IMG/VR virus record: IMGVR_UViG_3300029267_004179
Location: 1 to 64,000 of that record
Direction: 5' to 3' (one strand)
DNA: 64,000 bases
Source: a virus
This document shows positions 19,303 to 29,101 of the stretch, piece by piece. A program made the position numbers and the translations under genes. Numbering within the stretch: position 1 is the first letter of the stretch; the number at the start of each line of letters is the position of its first letter. The notes under the pieces were generated by a model. That model saw only the letters and a list, made by a program, of their open reading frames with translations, had not been told where the DNA came from and ran no database searches.

Positions 19303-20319
19303 ATGATTTTTTACGACGCAACTACACAAACGGCGGTTATCACAGGAACTACCGCCGCTTTGAATACACCTGTTACCAAAAGGATATCCGGTCTTTATTG
19401 GATGACTACTGGAACCACTTTCGATTTTGCATTTGCTGATCTTGATTGGCCGAATGCCGAAAGCTATCCTTTGAATCAGGTGGAATGTGATTCGTCGGAT
19501 TTTGGCATACCAGATTACTTTTTACAAGGAGGACCAGCAGTTGCAACCGATATCACAGGATGGACCACTGCATGGGATGATATTGACGATAGTTATGCGG
19601 ATACTTTGGCAATTTCTGTTGCTAATTATCGACTGTGTGGTGGCCCTGCTACCTACAGAACACGACCTTTGGATTGGGGACCAGAAGCATGGAACGCCGC
19701 TGCACCGTTGGATGTTTTAATTGACACCTATACTGACGATGCCACTAATGGCGCAATGAATATAATTGAAAACTTCAACGGTGAAAGTCAAAGGGTTTAC
19801 TTGACTGGCGCTGCTTTTAATCCGGCTGTTTTCCTTGCTACTAATGAGTTGATGCAGTTTTGTGGTACTTTAAGGGTGCAAGATGGTGATTGGACTGCTT
19901 ATCTACCTCATAATGGCACAACTATTATTAATCCTAATTATGTTGCTACCGGTGCGGCAAATCAATATTATTATCGATTTTATACTACTGACGGCTCAAC
20001 AAGATCGGGTGGCTTGTTTACTTTCAATGGGTTGACGGAACTTATGCTTTCATCCGGGAATGTCTTAATTGATATTTCTTTAGATGCAGTTAATTGGTAT
20101 TCCTTAAATGCTGACTTTATTGCTCCACCGCTATTGAATGGTAGTGGGTGCAGAACAAATTCAGGAACAATTACTGCACCCACCATTGAATTTACACTTG
20201 CTTCATATACTACCAATAATGCGGTTGCTCCGGTCCCGGCCAATAGTATTATGTTGAGAATAACCATGCCGAACACTTCCGCAGCACAATTACAAAGTGC
20301 TCACTTGCAATGGTATTAA
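19303..20319 (+). CDS. Putative virion structural protein (possible C-terminal half of a split gene)
   Basis: Thr/Ala/Asp-rich beta protein. Confidence 0.75.
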   Translation: MIFYDATTQTAVITGTTAALNTPVTKRISGLYWMTTGTTFDFAFADLDWPNAESYPLNQVECDSSDFGIPDYFLQGGPAVATDITGWTTAWDDIDDSYADTLAISVANYRLCGGPATYRTRPLDWGPEAWNAAAPLDVLIDTYTDDATNGAMNIIENFNGESQRVYLTGAAFNPAVFLATNELMQFCGTLRVQDGDWTAYLPHNGTTIINPNYVATGAANQYYYRFYTTDGSTRSGGLFTFNGLTELMLSSGNVLIDISLDAVNWYSLNADFIAPPLLNGSGCRTNSGTITAPTIEFTLASYTTNNAVAPVPANSIMLRITMPNTSAAQLQSAHLQWY

Positions 20320-20321
20320 TT

Positions 20322-20519
20322 ATGGAATATTATTTGCTGCATTTTGATGAAATAATCATCTCTGAAGGCGATATAGGTGAAATGATAGAAGAAATAAAAA
20401 ACGTCTACTTCTTTTCAAGGTTCAGAAGCTTGGCATATGCCAATAAATATGGTAAAGTTCTTGCTGAAAAAATGAAAAACCACGAGTTTATTAAGGCTGA
20501 ATTAGTAAAGGTTGAATAA
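20322..20519 (+). CDS. Small hypothetical protein
   Basis: Fills the gap; TAATG overlap with next ORF. Confidence 0.5.
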   Translation: MEYYLLHFDEIIISEGDIGEMIEEIKNVYFFSRFRSLAYANKYGKVLAEKMKNHEFIKAELVKVE

Positions 20520-20866
20520 TGGCTGCAAAAGTTATAAACTTTTTAAATGAGAAAGACCGGAAAGAAAAAGACAACTACGATGTCAAAATGCCCATGAAAT
20601 GTATGTCTTGTGGATATAAGTATGATAAAAGAGTAATCTTTGAAGAGTTTATGACTAAAATTGATGGTGAAGAATGTCCTCATTGTAGTATGGAAATGGC
20701 ACTTCCAAATGCCTTTTATCTACCTAAAGTGGGTGATGAGATTTACACTTGCTCCTGTGGAAGTGAAATCTTTTATGTTAGGAATAACGGGCTTGTTTGT
20801 TTGATATGTGGCTGTGTGACTACTTTTAAAAAACTTGCAGAAATGTATGATGAAATACACAGATAG
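20519..20866 (+). CDS. Double Zn-ribbon protein
   Basis: CMSC, CPHC, CSC, CLIC. Confidence 0.7.
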   Translation: MAAKVINFLNEKDRKEKDNYDVKMPMKCMSCGYKYDKRVIFEEFMTKIDGEECPHCSMEMALPNAFYLPKVGDEIYTCSCGSEIFYVRNNGLVCLICGCVTTFKKLAEMYDEIHR

Positions 20867-20875
20867 AGGATAACA

Positions 20876-21895
20876 ATGGCACTACCGTCTGACCCAACAA
20901 TGCTGAGAACAAGTTTCTTTCATGCCGGTGGGCAGAGAAGCTTTCACCGTGATGGGCAGCAAATATATGAGTCCTACTTTCCATCTTTGGGAGTTATATG
21001 GGCAGAACAAGTCAAGGTTCCATCCGTACCACTTCCATTAAATACGATAAGTCAGGCTCAAGTAGACGCTTGGATTACTACAAATCCTGGTATACTGCGG
21101 AAGTACAACATGTGGCCGTTGACACCTGATCCTGTTTCAAACAACCAAACATACTATATAGTTGATGTTCCTAATGGGGGAGTCCAAAAGCCGATAGTTC
21201 AAGAACAGCTTTTGACTGATCCGGCTACCGCTCAACCTTCTGGGGGCTTTGCTGTTCTTTTATTTCAAGGGGTAGGTGGTGCTACTCCCGGCGCTCCAAT
21301 TTCACCTACTGCTGGAAGGTGGTTTGTGTCGCCGGATGAAGGGTTTGTCCATTTTGAAGTTGGTTTTACTCCTGTCGATATGGGATGGGGTATCCCTGAA
21401 ATTATCTGCTATGTTTATATTGGGGATACACTTGAAGATATAGTGACTCCCGGTTCTACCGGTGGCGGTTATTGCGCTCCGTTGGTATCGGTAGGTCAAG
21501 GGCCGTCTTCCAAGACATCAAGATTCATGGTGATTAACCCAGGATGCCCCGCATATACGCCAATTTACACTGATAGGAACACTACTACTCCTTGTCCCAT
21601 CATGTTCAGCGGTGATGCCGGATATTTGAGAAGTGATGGAACAAGGTTTCAATATGATGAAGCGATAAATCTTTTTGTCATGAGAAATGCTATTGGCGGT
21701 CACATGATGCATCTTGAAAAGGTTCAGAACTTCTCATGGGTTTCTTCAAATCAGTTTTTAATCGATGTGCCTTTACAACATACTGACAGGCTGGTATTAT
21801 ATAGTCGTGGTGAAGATATATTACCTGAAGTTGTCTATAGTCAAGACTCAGATGGTGATCTCGATATAGACTTTACAAGATGCCCGGATTTATAG
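20876..21895 (+). CDS. Putative virion structural protein
   Basis: RBS GAGGA; Pro/Gly/Thr-rich; structural module. Confidence 0.7.
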   Translation: MALPSDPTMLRTSFFHAGGQRSFHRDGQQIYESYFPSLGVIWAEQVKVPSVPLPLNTISQAQVDAWITTNPGILRKYNMWPLTPDPVSNNQTYYIVDVPNGGVQKPIVQEQLLTDPATAQPSGGFAVLLFQGVGGATPGAPISPTAGRWFVSPDEGFVHFEVGFTPVDMGWGIPEIICYVYIGDTLEDIVTPGSTGGGYCAPLVSVGQGPSSKTSRFMVINPGCPAYTPIYTDRNTTTPCPIMFSGDAGYLRSDGTRFQYDEAINLFVMRNAIGGHMMHLEKVQNFSWVSSNQFLIDVPLQHTDRLVLYSRGEDILPEVVYSQDSDGDLDIDFTRCPDL

Positions 21896-21904
21896 GAGTT
21901 TATT

Positions 21905-22600
21905 ATGCCTATACACACTAAAGAAAGGCCGATGGGATCATCCATTCAGGATGTTTATAATACCATTCATGCCCCATATACGTGGGTTTATTCTGATGAA
22001 GCAAGTAGACTTGCCGCTATAGGTTTTGAGGCGTATGATGTTTATAAAAAGGCGCTTCAGCTTAATGACTATAGTGGTTGGATTCTTGTAAATCATAGTC
22101 CTCCTACTTGGATTGGTGAGTGTTCCGGTGGTATTCTTTCCTATACCGAAGATATCTTAACTGCCGCATGGACGCCGGACGGTCCTTTGGTTTATTATGA
22201 TGTAACTCATAATATGAACACCATGGATTATGTCATTTCGCTTCGGGATTCTACTACTGAAATCAGTCTTACCCCTCAGAAGTGGCGAGCTTTGACTTTG
22301 AATACCACAAGGGTTTGGGTGACTGCCGCCGCTGATCTTTCGATAGTCATGGTTGTGGTTGGTGGAAGTCTTGCAGGTTTGTTTGCACCGTTTACGGCAA
22401 CTTATACACCTACTGCCAGTTGGAGCAGATGGCAAGTCAACCATAACTTGGGTAGAAATCCACTACTTATAAGCTGTGAAAGCATTACCGGGGGTATAAT
22501 GAATCCGTGTAAAATAAGCTATATAGATGTGAATAATTTGGATGTTTATTTTGACCCGAAGGGAGCTTGGTGTCCTGCTGGAACTATAGTTTGCTATTAA
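21905..22600 (+). CDS. Putative fibre protein with VxHNL repeats
   Basis: YDVTHNMNT and WQVNHNLGRNP repeats. Confidence 0.7.
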   Translation: MPIHTKERPMGSSIQDVYNTIHAPYTWVYSDEASRLAAIGFEAYDVYKKALQLNDYSGWILVNHSPPTWIGECSGGILSYTEDILTAAWTPDGPLVYYDVTHNMNTMDYVISLRDSTTEISLTPQKWRALTLNTTRVWVTAAADLSIVMVVVGGSLAGLFAPFTATYTPTASWSRWQVNHNLGRNPLLISCESITGGIMNPCKISYIDVNNLDVYFDPKGAWCPAGTIVCY

Positions 22601-22612
22601 AAGGAGGAGATA

Positions 22613-22801
22613 ATGTCATTGACCTTTACAATCAAATTGAAGAAACCGGCGGTAGAACAGGATATCCAATGCGATAGGATTGAATTTACGCATAATGGGG
22701 ATGTCATTTTTTGGGTAGGTGAAGACCCAAACGAAACAATAAAAAGAGTCCAAACAAACGGGACGTTTTTCTCTGTTAATCTGGTAGAAGTGCCGGAATA
22801 A
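22613..22801 (+). CDS. Small hypothetical protein
   Basis: Strong RBS AGGAGGAG. Confidence 0.65.
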   Translation: MSLTFTIKLKKPAVEQDIQCDRIEFTHNGDVIFWVGEDPNETIKRVQTNGTFFSVNLVEVPE

Positions 22802-22810
22802 GGAGTAGTC

Positions 22811-24214
22811 ATGAGTAACGATCTTCCGAGAAGTAGTGTAGAGCTTGCCAATAAAGAGGTGTTTTGCAGCTTCTATACAAGAGATGAAAAGTATAGACCT
22901 GTAAACATGCGTGATTTAAGGCGCAGGGATTATTCTGTTGTCTGGTGTAAAACACTTCCGGTTAGATGGGATTATATTCGGGATAATAACGCAAGATGTT
23001 TCCCTTTTCCCAAAGGGCTGATTATTCCCGGCCAAGCGGATAAAAGATGTGATTTGCAGTTCTACAAGAATCAGCAAACTTTTGACATTCTTCCGCAATG
23101 GTCATTGCCGTCAGGGGTAGGTAATACCTATACTGTTTCCGGCACCTTTGGGACTTTTGGGGATTTAGCAAATAGAACCCGTTTTTTATCTACATCTATA
23201 GGCGCTCAATGGCCGACTGTCACAGATACTCCGAATGATTGGGTGGTTCATTTCCTTACCGGAGATATGGCTGGTAAGTCAAGGAAGCTGTGTTCTTATG
23301 ATCAAGTTACAGGGGAAGTCAACGTGGTTCACTCCACTTCTGGTAAGGCACCTTTTCCCGGATGGGGAAACAGGGGGATACAAATTGGGGATACTTTCAA
23401 AATCAGAAAAAGAAGTGGTGGTAATACTACTCCTGTAAACTGCTGCAACTGGGAATTGACTTCTAAGGTTTTTAAATCCCCTAATTCGAACAGTGCCTTG
23501 AGTTTGTACAAATCAGTCCGATTTAAATATGTTGCGGCATCTGTTGACCCAAATGTAATTGGTGATTTTGCACCTGCCGGGTATCCCATCTTTGATTCCG
23601 ATACTTTAACTATGGCATGGAGGGAAATTCATTATCACTGGCAGCCTTGGATTCAGAAGATCATGCCGTCTGATATATTTCCTTCTGCCGCAATCAATAC
23701 TCATGGCCGGTGGCCTATACAAAATGGCGCAACAACTATCGATAGTGTTACAAGGGTTTTACTTGGTACTTATCAAGTTCCTGGTACTTCTACCAATGTT
23801 CCAATTTATGTTTTTGATATTTCATATAATGGTGGTGCTTTTACAAAAAGATACGAGCTACCCACCTTATATACGATAGGAAATATGCCCCGTGGTTATC
23901 GGGTTGAGATGTGGGTGTCAACCCGAAGGAATATGTATATGCCAAGAGTAAGGTGGGGTAGAGGTCATAATCTTTCCTTTGCTGATTATTACTATCAGCT
24001 GATAGGAAATTATGTCTATGTCGATCATCGGTGGTGGGGAGGGCTGTCGGTAGATAACCAAGGCAGAAATCATATTCAATTCAATAGCCCTGTATGGTTA
24101 CGGGCAAGAAACCAGAAGACAGGAGGGGTCACGGACTTTAGCAGACAGCATATTATAGCAAAGTTTAGAGCGCACAAAGCAAGACTTTGGAACTACCCAA
24201 TGATCCAAATATAG
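22811..24214 (+). CDS. 467-aa protein with a virion-type beta-barrel insert and an Arg/Trp/Tyr-rich C-terminus; directly upstream of the hairpin array
   Basis: RBS AAGGAG; WVVHFLTG..AG.SR....YD...G...V...F...IQIGDTFKI motif. Confidence 0.8.
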   Translation: MSNDLPRSSVELANKEVFCSFYTRDEKYRPVNMRDLRRRDYSVVWCKTLPVRWDYIRDNNARCFPFPKGLIIPGQADKRCDLQFYKNQQTFDILPQWSLPSGVGNTYTVSGTFGTFGDLANRTRFLSTSIGAQWPTVTDTPNDWVVHFLTGDMAGKSRKLCSYDQVTGEVNVVHSTSGKAPFPGWGNRGIQIGDTFKIRKRSGGNTTPVNCCNWELTSKVFKSPNSNSALSLYKSVRFKYVAASVDPNVIGDFAPAGYPIFDSDTLTMAWREIHYHWQPWIQKIMPSDIFPSAAINTHGRWPIQNGATTIDSVTRVLLGTYQVPGTSTNVPIYVFDISYNGGAFTKRYELPTLYTIGNMPRGYRVEMWVSTRRNMYMPRVRWGRGHNLSFADYYYQLIGNYVYVDHRWWGGLSVDNQGRNHIQFNSPVWLRARNQKTGGVTDFSRQHIIAKFRAHKARLWNYPMIQI

Positions 24215-24231
24215 GAAAGATGATGTTAGAA

Positions 24232-24518
24232 AAGTTCAAGAATGTATTGGGGGCGGGTGTAGGAATTTACGGTAACTCTGTGGTGGTGAGGGCGGTCAAC
24301 ATCGAATGGAGCTATCCTCAAGATTCAGTTCAACTATCCTGGGGATATTCTGTAATAGCGAGAGTGGTCAACAACGCCGGGGAACCTGTGGTAGATGTAG
24401 TTCAACTACACACCCCAAACCCACTAATGTCGTGAGTGGTTAACATCATGCGGAAACAACCGGAAGATCTTGTGCAACAACTCGACGTTTGACCCGCCCC
24501 CAATAGATTCTTGAACTT
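24232..24518. repeat. Inverted-repeat-enclosed 72-bp-periodic dual-motif array; probable structured ncRNA
   Basis: 27-bp IR (26/27) at 24232-58 and 24492-518; (C/T)AAC motifs spaced 34/38/34/38/34. Confidence 0.85.
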
Positions 24519-24536
24519 AAACGGTAGGAGAAGGAA

Positions 24537-27500
24537 ATGGGACTTTTAGATAAACGAACAGTAATTTGTTTAGACTTTCATGATGCATTGGTAGCATTGC
24601 CTGTCGGTCCTACTTCCGGTGATGCTTATATCTGTTCTGTCGCTGGTAATGGTTGGACTTTGAATTACTTCTACTGGTATGACGGTGCCGCTTGGATAGA
24701 AGAAATACCTGCTTTTGGACAGGTTGCTTCCTTGTCTACTCCTGTTGAAATCAGGTGGTTTGATGGGACCGGATGGGTGTCGATGGGAGCTGCCGGTGGT
24801 TACTGGTCAAGAGATATAGGTAACGGGATCATCTACCCTACCACATTGACTGATCGGGTTACTATAGGCCACCAATTGCCTCCTATATCTGCCGGTATGC
24901 GGTTAAGTATTGGGGATGGGATTCAAACTACCTGTAATGGTGGTAATTCGGTGATGCTTTCTTATGATGGTGAGGACTGTTATTATGAGACACGATCTAC
25001 CGATATGTCAGAAGGAGTTATTTTTAATGCTGATGGGGCAGTCCCAAATAGGTCCGGTATTCTTTCTAATATCTTTTCTGGCGGGTATCCTTTAGGATGG
25101 GGAAATAATAGACTTTTCATTTTCGATTCAAGAACAAATCCGATTACTGTAAGATGTAACAGCTATAATATGATTGAGATGAGAATGCCGGTTGCTGCCG
25201 GTGTTCCCGGTTTTCTTTTGAGAAGTGGTCCGGTCATATCTACCGCTTTATTTTATATGACAAATGAAGATCAAGCGAACATCGAAATGGGTGCAAGTAA
25301 TGCTATCAATTGGCTTGATGGTGATGCAGAAGGGGATGGAGTTGACTTTTCAATCTTTATGGATGGTAATGACGCCATAGGAATTAATGGATCAACAAGG
25401 GCAATTACTTTTAATGCCGTCTATTCTTTCCCTACTTCTGATGGTTTAGCTTCTCAGGTCTTAACCACAAATGGTTTAGGTGTGGTGTCTTGGCAAAATG
25501 CCGGTGGAACCGGTTACTGGTCAAGAACATTAACAGTCATTCATCCTACCACTATCACTGATAATGTATCTATAGGCAATACTACTGGTAATGGGTACCA
25601 ATTTTTTGTATCAACAGAGATTGGGCTTGTGGATACGATTATTTTGAATCAATCAGGAAATTTTGTCCAATTTGGGGATATGGATGGTGGTGGTCACGAT
25701 ATAGCCTTCAAAGGGGATAATGCCTATATTGACTTCTACCCTATTGGCTCAGACCGTGTAATGAGGTTAAGCGGTAGTGAAGGGCTTCAATTATGGTCCG
25801 TCAATGCTGCCAATCCTTCTACTGTTGCTTCTTTGCATTTAAGACATACACGGGGAAATTATGTTGGTGGTCCTGATTATACTCAAAACAATGATGTTTT
25901 AGGAACCATCGACTTCTGTGGTCATAACAATGCAAACAATGTCGGCGCTTTTATTCAGTCAGAAGCAACTACTAATTGGACCTTGCTTCCACTTCCTAAT
26001 TGTCCTGCTGATATGTCATTTTGGACTACTCCTGATGACAATACCCAAATACCGCTTGAAAGACTGACTCTTCACGATGATGGGACTATTACTTTCAATA
26101 CTGCCTATACTTTCCCGAATGCTGATGGTGCAGCCGGTAGGGTATTGCAAACAAATGGTTTAGGAGTTCTATCGTGGGCTGTTGCTGGTGGGGCAGGGTA
26201 TTGGAGTCAAACGGGTACGGTAGTTCATCCGACAACCATCACTGATCAAGTAGCAATTCAACAAACAACTGCTTATGGAGCTACCCCAAGACCGTTGACG
26301 ATAGGAGGGGCCGGTGCCTATGGCGGTACGGCTCATTTGACAGGTGCTTCCCCACGGCTTGAACTATATGCTTCTGGCCTTACTGCCACTTATCGAGCTT
26401 ATGATATTGTGCCTTATGGTGATGCCTTACATATCAGAAATCTTGATGATGCCTATGCCGTTGGGGTAGATTTATTCGAAGGAAACCGGGATGGGGTAAA
26501 CCTGTTTGGAACCGGTGCTGCTGCGATAGTTCAAATTGCGACGGCAGGGGTCATTTTTCATAATGCCTATACTTTTCCTAATGCTGATGGTACTGCTGAT
26601 ACTGTTTTAATGACGGATGGAGCAGGAGATGTCGAATGGGTGAATCCCGGAACCTTTGCTGTTAATCAGGCAGCTCATGGCTTTACTGCTGCAACACCTA
26701 TATACTGGACCGGTGCGGCATGGGCTGCGGCTCAATCTGATGATCCTGATACGGTAGGAACTCATGTTGTGGTAGAAGTTGTCGATGCCGCAAATTTCCG
26801 AGCAGCAAATAATGGCAGGCATACAATAACCGGTCATGGCTTAACTGTTGGGGAATATTATTTTGTTTCAGACGCTGTAGCAGGCACTTTAACAGACACA
26901 GAGCCCACAACCTATAGTAACCCCTTAGTTTTTATCGAAGATGCTAATACAGCCCACATCCTGCCGTTTAGAGCAAGCCAATATCAACCAGCCACACAAG
27001 ATGGCTGGACTTTATTTTCTGGTACATTTACCTATATTTCAGCTACCAGCTTTTCAGTTTCAAATACTGCTGCTAATCAGGCTATTTTTAAAGTTGGTAG
27101 ACCTATTACATATCGAATTTCACCGGGAACATGGGATTATGGCATAGTGACAGCATATGTTGCCGGGACAATTACTCTGGCAGGTGCTTCTATGGCTGCG
27201 GGTGATGATGAGATGAAATGGGGTGATCTTGGAAAAGTTCAACATCTATCCTTTGCTGTTAATGGGGAGTTTGCTGATGCTGCCGAAAGTGACTTACTTG
27301 AAAATGATTTGAACTACTTTTTTAAATGGAAAGGTGGCTTGTCATATTGCGTTTTAATAAGTCATATTCTAACGGTAGACGATAGTGGTGTTGGCGGTCC
27401 TGCTACTGACAATCCTTTTGCCAATGTGACTATTGGAAGCAAAAGTGGAGTAATGTCTGATGTTTGTTCTTCAAATGGTGGTGATGGGTTAAGAGTAAGA

Positions 27501-27656
27501 ACTACTTGGCAGGAAACAACAAATGATATCAATGTGGCAAATTATCAAATTGATTTCGGTGATGATATAGAAATTAAAGCAACCCCGGCAGGTAGTGCTG
27601 GTGAGAATCTGGATGCTGCAAATCTAACCTTACAAGCAATTTTCGTATATGAATAA
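24537..27656 (+). CDS. Long fibre protein (1039 aa)
   Basis: Repeats FN.AYTFP.ADG....VL.TNG.G..SW..AGG.GYWS; QAAHGF; HGLTVGEYYFVS. Confidence 0.85.
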   Translation: MGLLDKRTVICLDFHDALVALPVGPTSGDAYICSVAGNGWTLNYFYWYDGAAWIEEIPAFGQVASLSTPVEIRWFDGTGWVSMGAAGGYWSRDIGNGIIYPTTLTDRVTIGHQLPPISAGMRLSIGDGIQTTCNGGNSVMLSYDGEDCYYETRSTDMSEGVIFNADGAVPNRSGILSNIFSGGYPLGWGNNRLFIFDSRTNPITVRCNSYNMIEMRMPVAAGVPGFLLRSGPVISTALFYMTNEDQANIEMGASNAINWLDGDAEGDGVDFSIFMDGNDAIGINGSTRAITFNAVYSFPTSDGLASQVLTTNGLGVVSWQNAGGTGYWSRTLTVIHPTTITDNVSIGNTTGNGYQFFVSTEIGLVDTIILNQSGNFVQFGDMDGGGHDIAFKGDNAYIDFYPIGSDRVMRLSGSEGLQLWSVNAANPSTVASLHLRHTRGNYVGGPDYTQNNDVLGTIDFCGHNNANNVGAFIQSEATTNWTLLPLPNCPADMSFWTTPDDNTQIPLERLTLHDDGTITFNTAYTFPNADGAAGRVLQTNGLGVLSWAVAGGAGYWSQTGTVVHPTTITDQVAIQQTTAYGATPRPLTIGGAGAYGGTAHLTGASPRLELYASGLTATYRAYDIVPYGDALHIRNLDDAYAVGVDLFEGNRDGVNLFGTGAAAIVQIATAGVIFHNAYTFPNADGTADTVLMTDGAGDVEWVNPGTFAVNQAAHGFTAATPIYWTGAAWAAAQSDDPDTVGTHVVVEVVDAANFRAANNGRHTITGHGLTVGEYYFVSDAVAGTLTDTEPTTYSNPLVFIEDANTAHILPFRASQYQPATQDGWTLFSGTFTYISATSFSVSNTAANQAIFKVGRPITYRISPGTWDYGIVTAYVAGTITLAGASMAAGDDEMKWGDLGKVQHLSFAVNGEFADAAESDLLENDLNYFFKWKGGLSYCVLISHILTVDDSGVGGPATDNPFANVTIGSKSGVMSDVCSSNGGDGLRVRTTWQETTNDINVANYQIDFGDDIEIKATPAGSAGENLDAANLTLQAIFVYE

Positions 27657-29101
27657 TGTCTATACTACTGACACATAGGGAATCCGGTGGATTCGGAAAT
27701 GATACCAAAACCTCTTTTTATCTTCGGTCAAACGAGATAGCTACCGGTGGTAACAGGTTTGCCGATCATTCTTCTGATGAAAATATTATCCGAACACCTA
27801 CCGGAAGTAATGTTGTTCATTCGATAGTGCAAGTGCCACCTATGGCAGGGATGACTTCTTCTATCTTTCTTCCAGGTGGTGGTGCTGCTTGTGGGGAGTA
27901 CATCTATGTTGAAGAATCTGATTCTTTCCGGTTTAGTAATGATTCGTTTACCATTGATCTTTGGTTGTATGCTGTTAGTGCTGCTACCGGTTTTGGTGGT
28001 ATATTTGGCGCTGCAACTTTTCCTACTGCTGCTGCTATGTATCAGTTATATTTTGAAACGTCCGATAACACGTTGAATTTTTACAACAACTATACTGGTG
28101 CTGGTTCTGAAAGACTTGCAAGTCCACCTATCCTTTTGAATACTTGGTATCACTTGACCATAGCAAGGGAGGGGATGAACTGGTATATGTTTCTTGATAA
28201 CAATTTGGTTGATACCCTTACTCTTAATTGGAGTACCGATCTACCCGTTGGTGCTGATTTTACCATCGGAAGGCCGTATTCTGCCGGATTGGATAGTCAT
28301 TACTTTGGCGGGTACATAAATGATTTAAGAATATCAAGCGGCATATGCAGGAATAAAAGAACACTTCATGTTCCAGACAGAAGGTGGGGGCATAGGCAAC
28401 AATATACCGGTGGGGAAAATTGTGTTTTGTTGATTACTGCCGAAGAAGAAATGGCTACCGCAACTACCTTTACCGAATGGTCAAGAAGCAGACACACGGT
28501 AAATATTTTTGGAACCGCTATGACTCCTGATCCAAATAATCGGGTAGTTGGCGCTTATTCATGGGATGATAACGGGACTCAAGCACCATTGAATCACACC
28601 TACTTTCGGATCAACGACAGCCTTGGTGATTTCGGACCTGCCGCAGCGGAAGATTATACTATCGATTGTTGGTTATGGTTGGACAGTGTTCAGACCGGAA
28701 TGGGGTCATGGGGTTTATTCACTACGGATGTTTATACTGCGGCAACAGTTATCAATGTCTTACTTATCGGCGCTCCTACGGGGATGGCCCTTTACAATAG
28801 TGGAGCTGCAAGAATTAACGGTGGTGCTGCTCCTTTCGATACTTGGTTTCATTTTGCCCTTGTAAGAAGTGTTAATGTTTGGACTATGTATTATAACGGT
28901 ACTCCTGTCGGTGGAACTTGGAATGATGGCGGTATAAACTTCAATTGCCCGAGTCATGCACTTGTTATGTGTAGGCATTGGGAGACCAGAAGATATTTAA
29001 ACGGTAAGATAGATAACTTTAGGGTAACAAAAGGTGAAGCGTTGTGGACCGCCAATTTTGCGGGTAGTTTACCTACCGAAAGAAGATATTATGAAGGATA
29101 G
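27656..29101 (+). CDS. LamG/concanavalin A-like lectin-domain protein (2 domains)
   Basis: FTIDLW...NTWYHL...GYINDLRIS and YTIDCW...TWFHFALVR...GKIDNFRVTKG. Confidence 0.85.
   Translation: MSILLTHRESGGFGNDTKTSFYLRSNEIATGGNRFADHSSDENIIRTPTGSNVVHSIVQVPPMAGMTSSIFLPGGGAACGEYIYVEESDSFRFSNDSFTIDLWLYAVSAATGFGGIFGAATFPTAAAMYQLYFETSDNTLNFYNNYTGAGSERLASPPILLNTWYHLTIAREGMNWYMFLDNNLVDTLTLNWSTDLPVGADFTIGRPYSAGLDSHYFGGYINDLRISSGICRNKRTLHVPDRRWGHRQQYTGGENCVLLITAEEEMATATTFTEWSRSRHTVNIFGTAMTPDPNNRVVGAYSWDDNGTQAPLNHTYFRINDSLGDFGPAAAEDYTIDCWLWLDSVQTGMGSWGLFTTDVYTAATVINVLLIGAPTGMALYNSGAARINGGAAPFDTWFHFALVRSVNVWTMYYNGTPVGGTWNDGGINFNCPSHALVMCRHWETRRYLNGKIDNFRVTKGEALWTANFAGSLPTERRYYEG

Noticed and set aside
24187-24435. 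82-aa ORF overlapping the hairpin array
   Set aside because: It runs through the left IR arm and stops inside the third repeat unit while the periodicity continues; more likely incidental, though not excluded.
24232-24518. Canonical CRISPR array or canonical DGR template repeat
   Set aside because: Repeats are short, degenerate and alternating with no cas genes; mismatches to the upstream gene are not adenine-specific and no RT is in the window.
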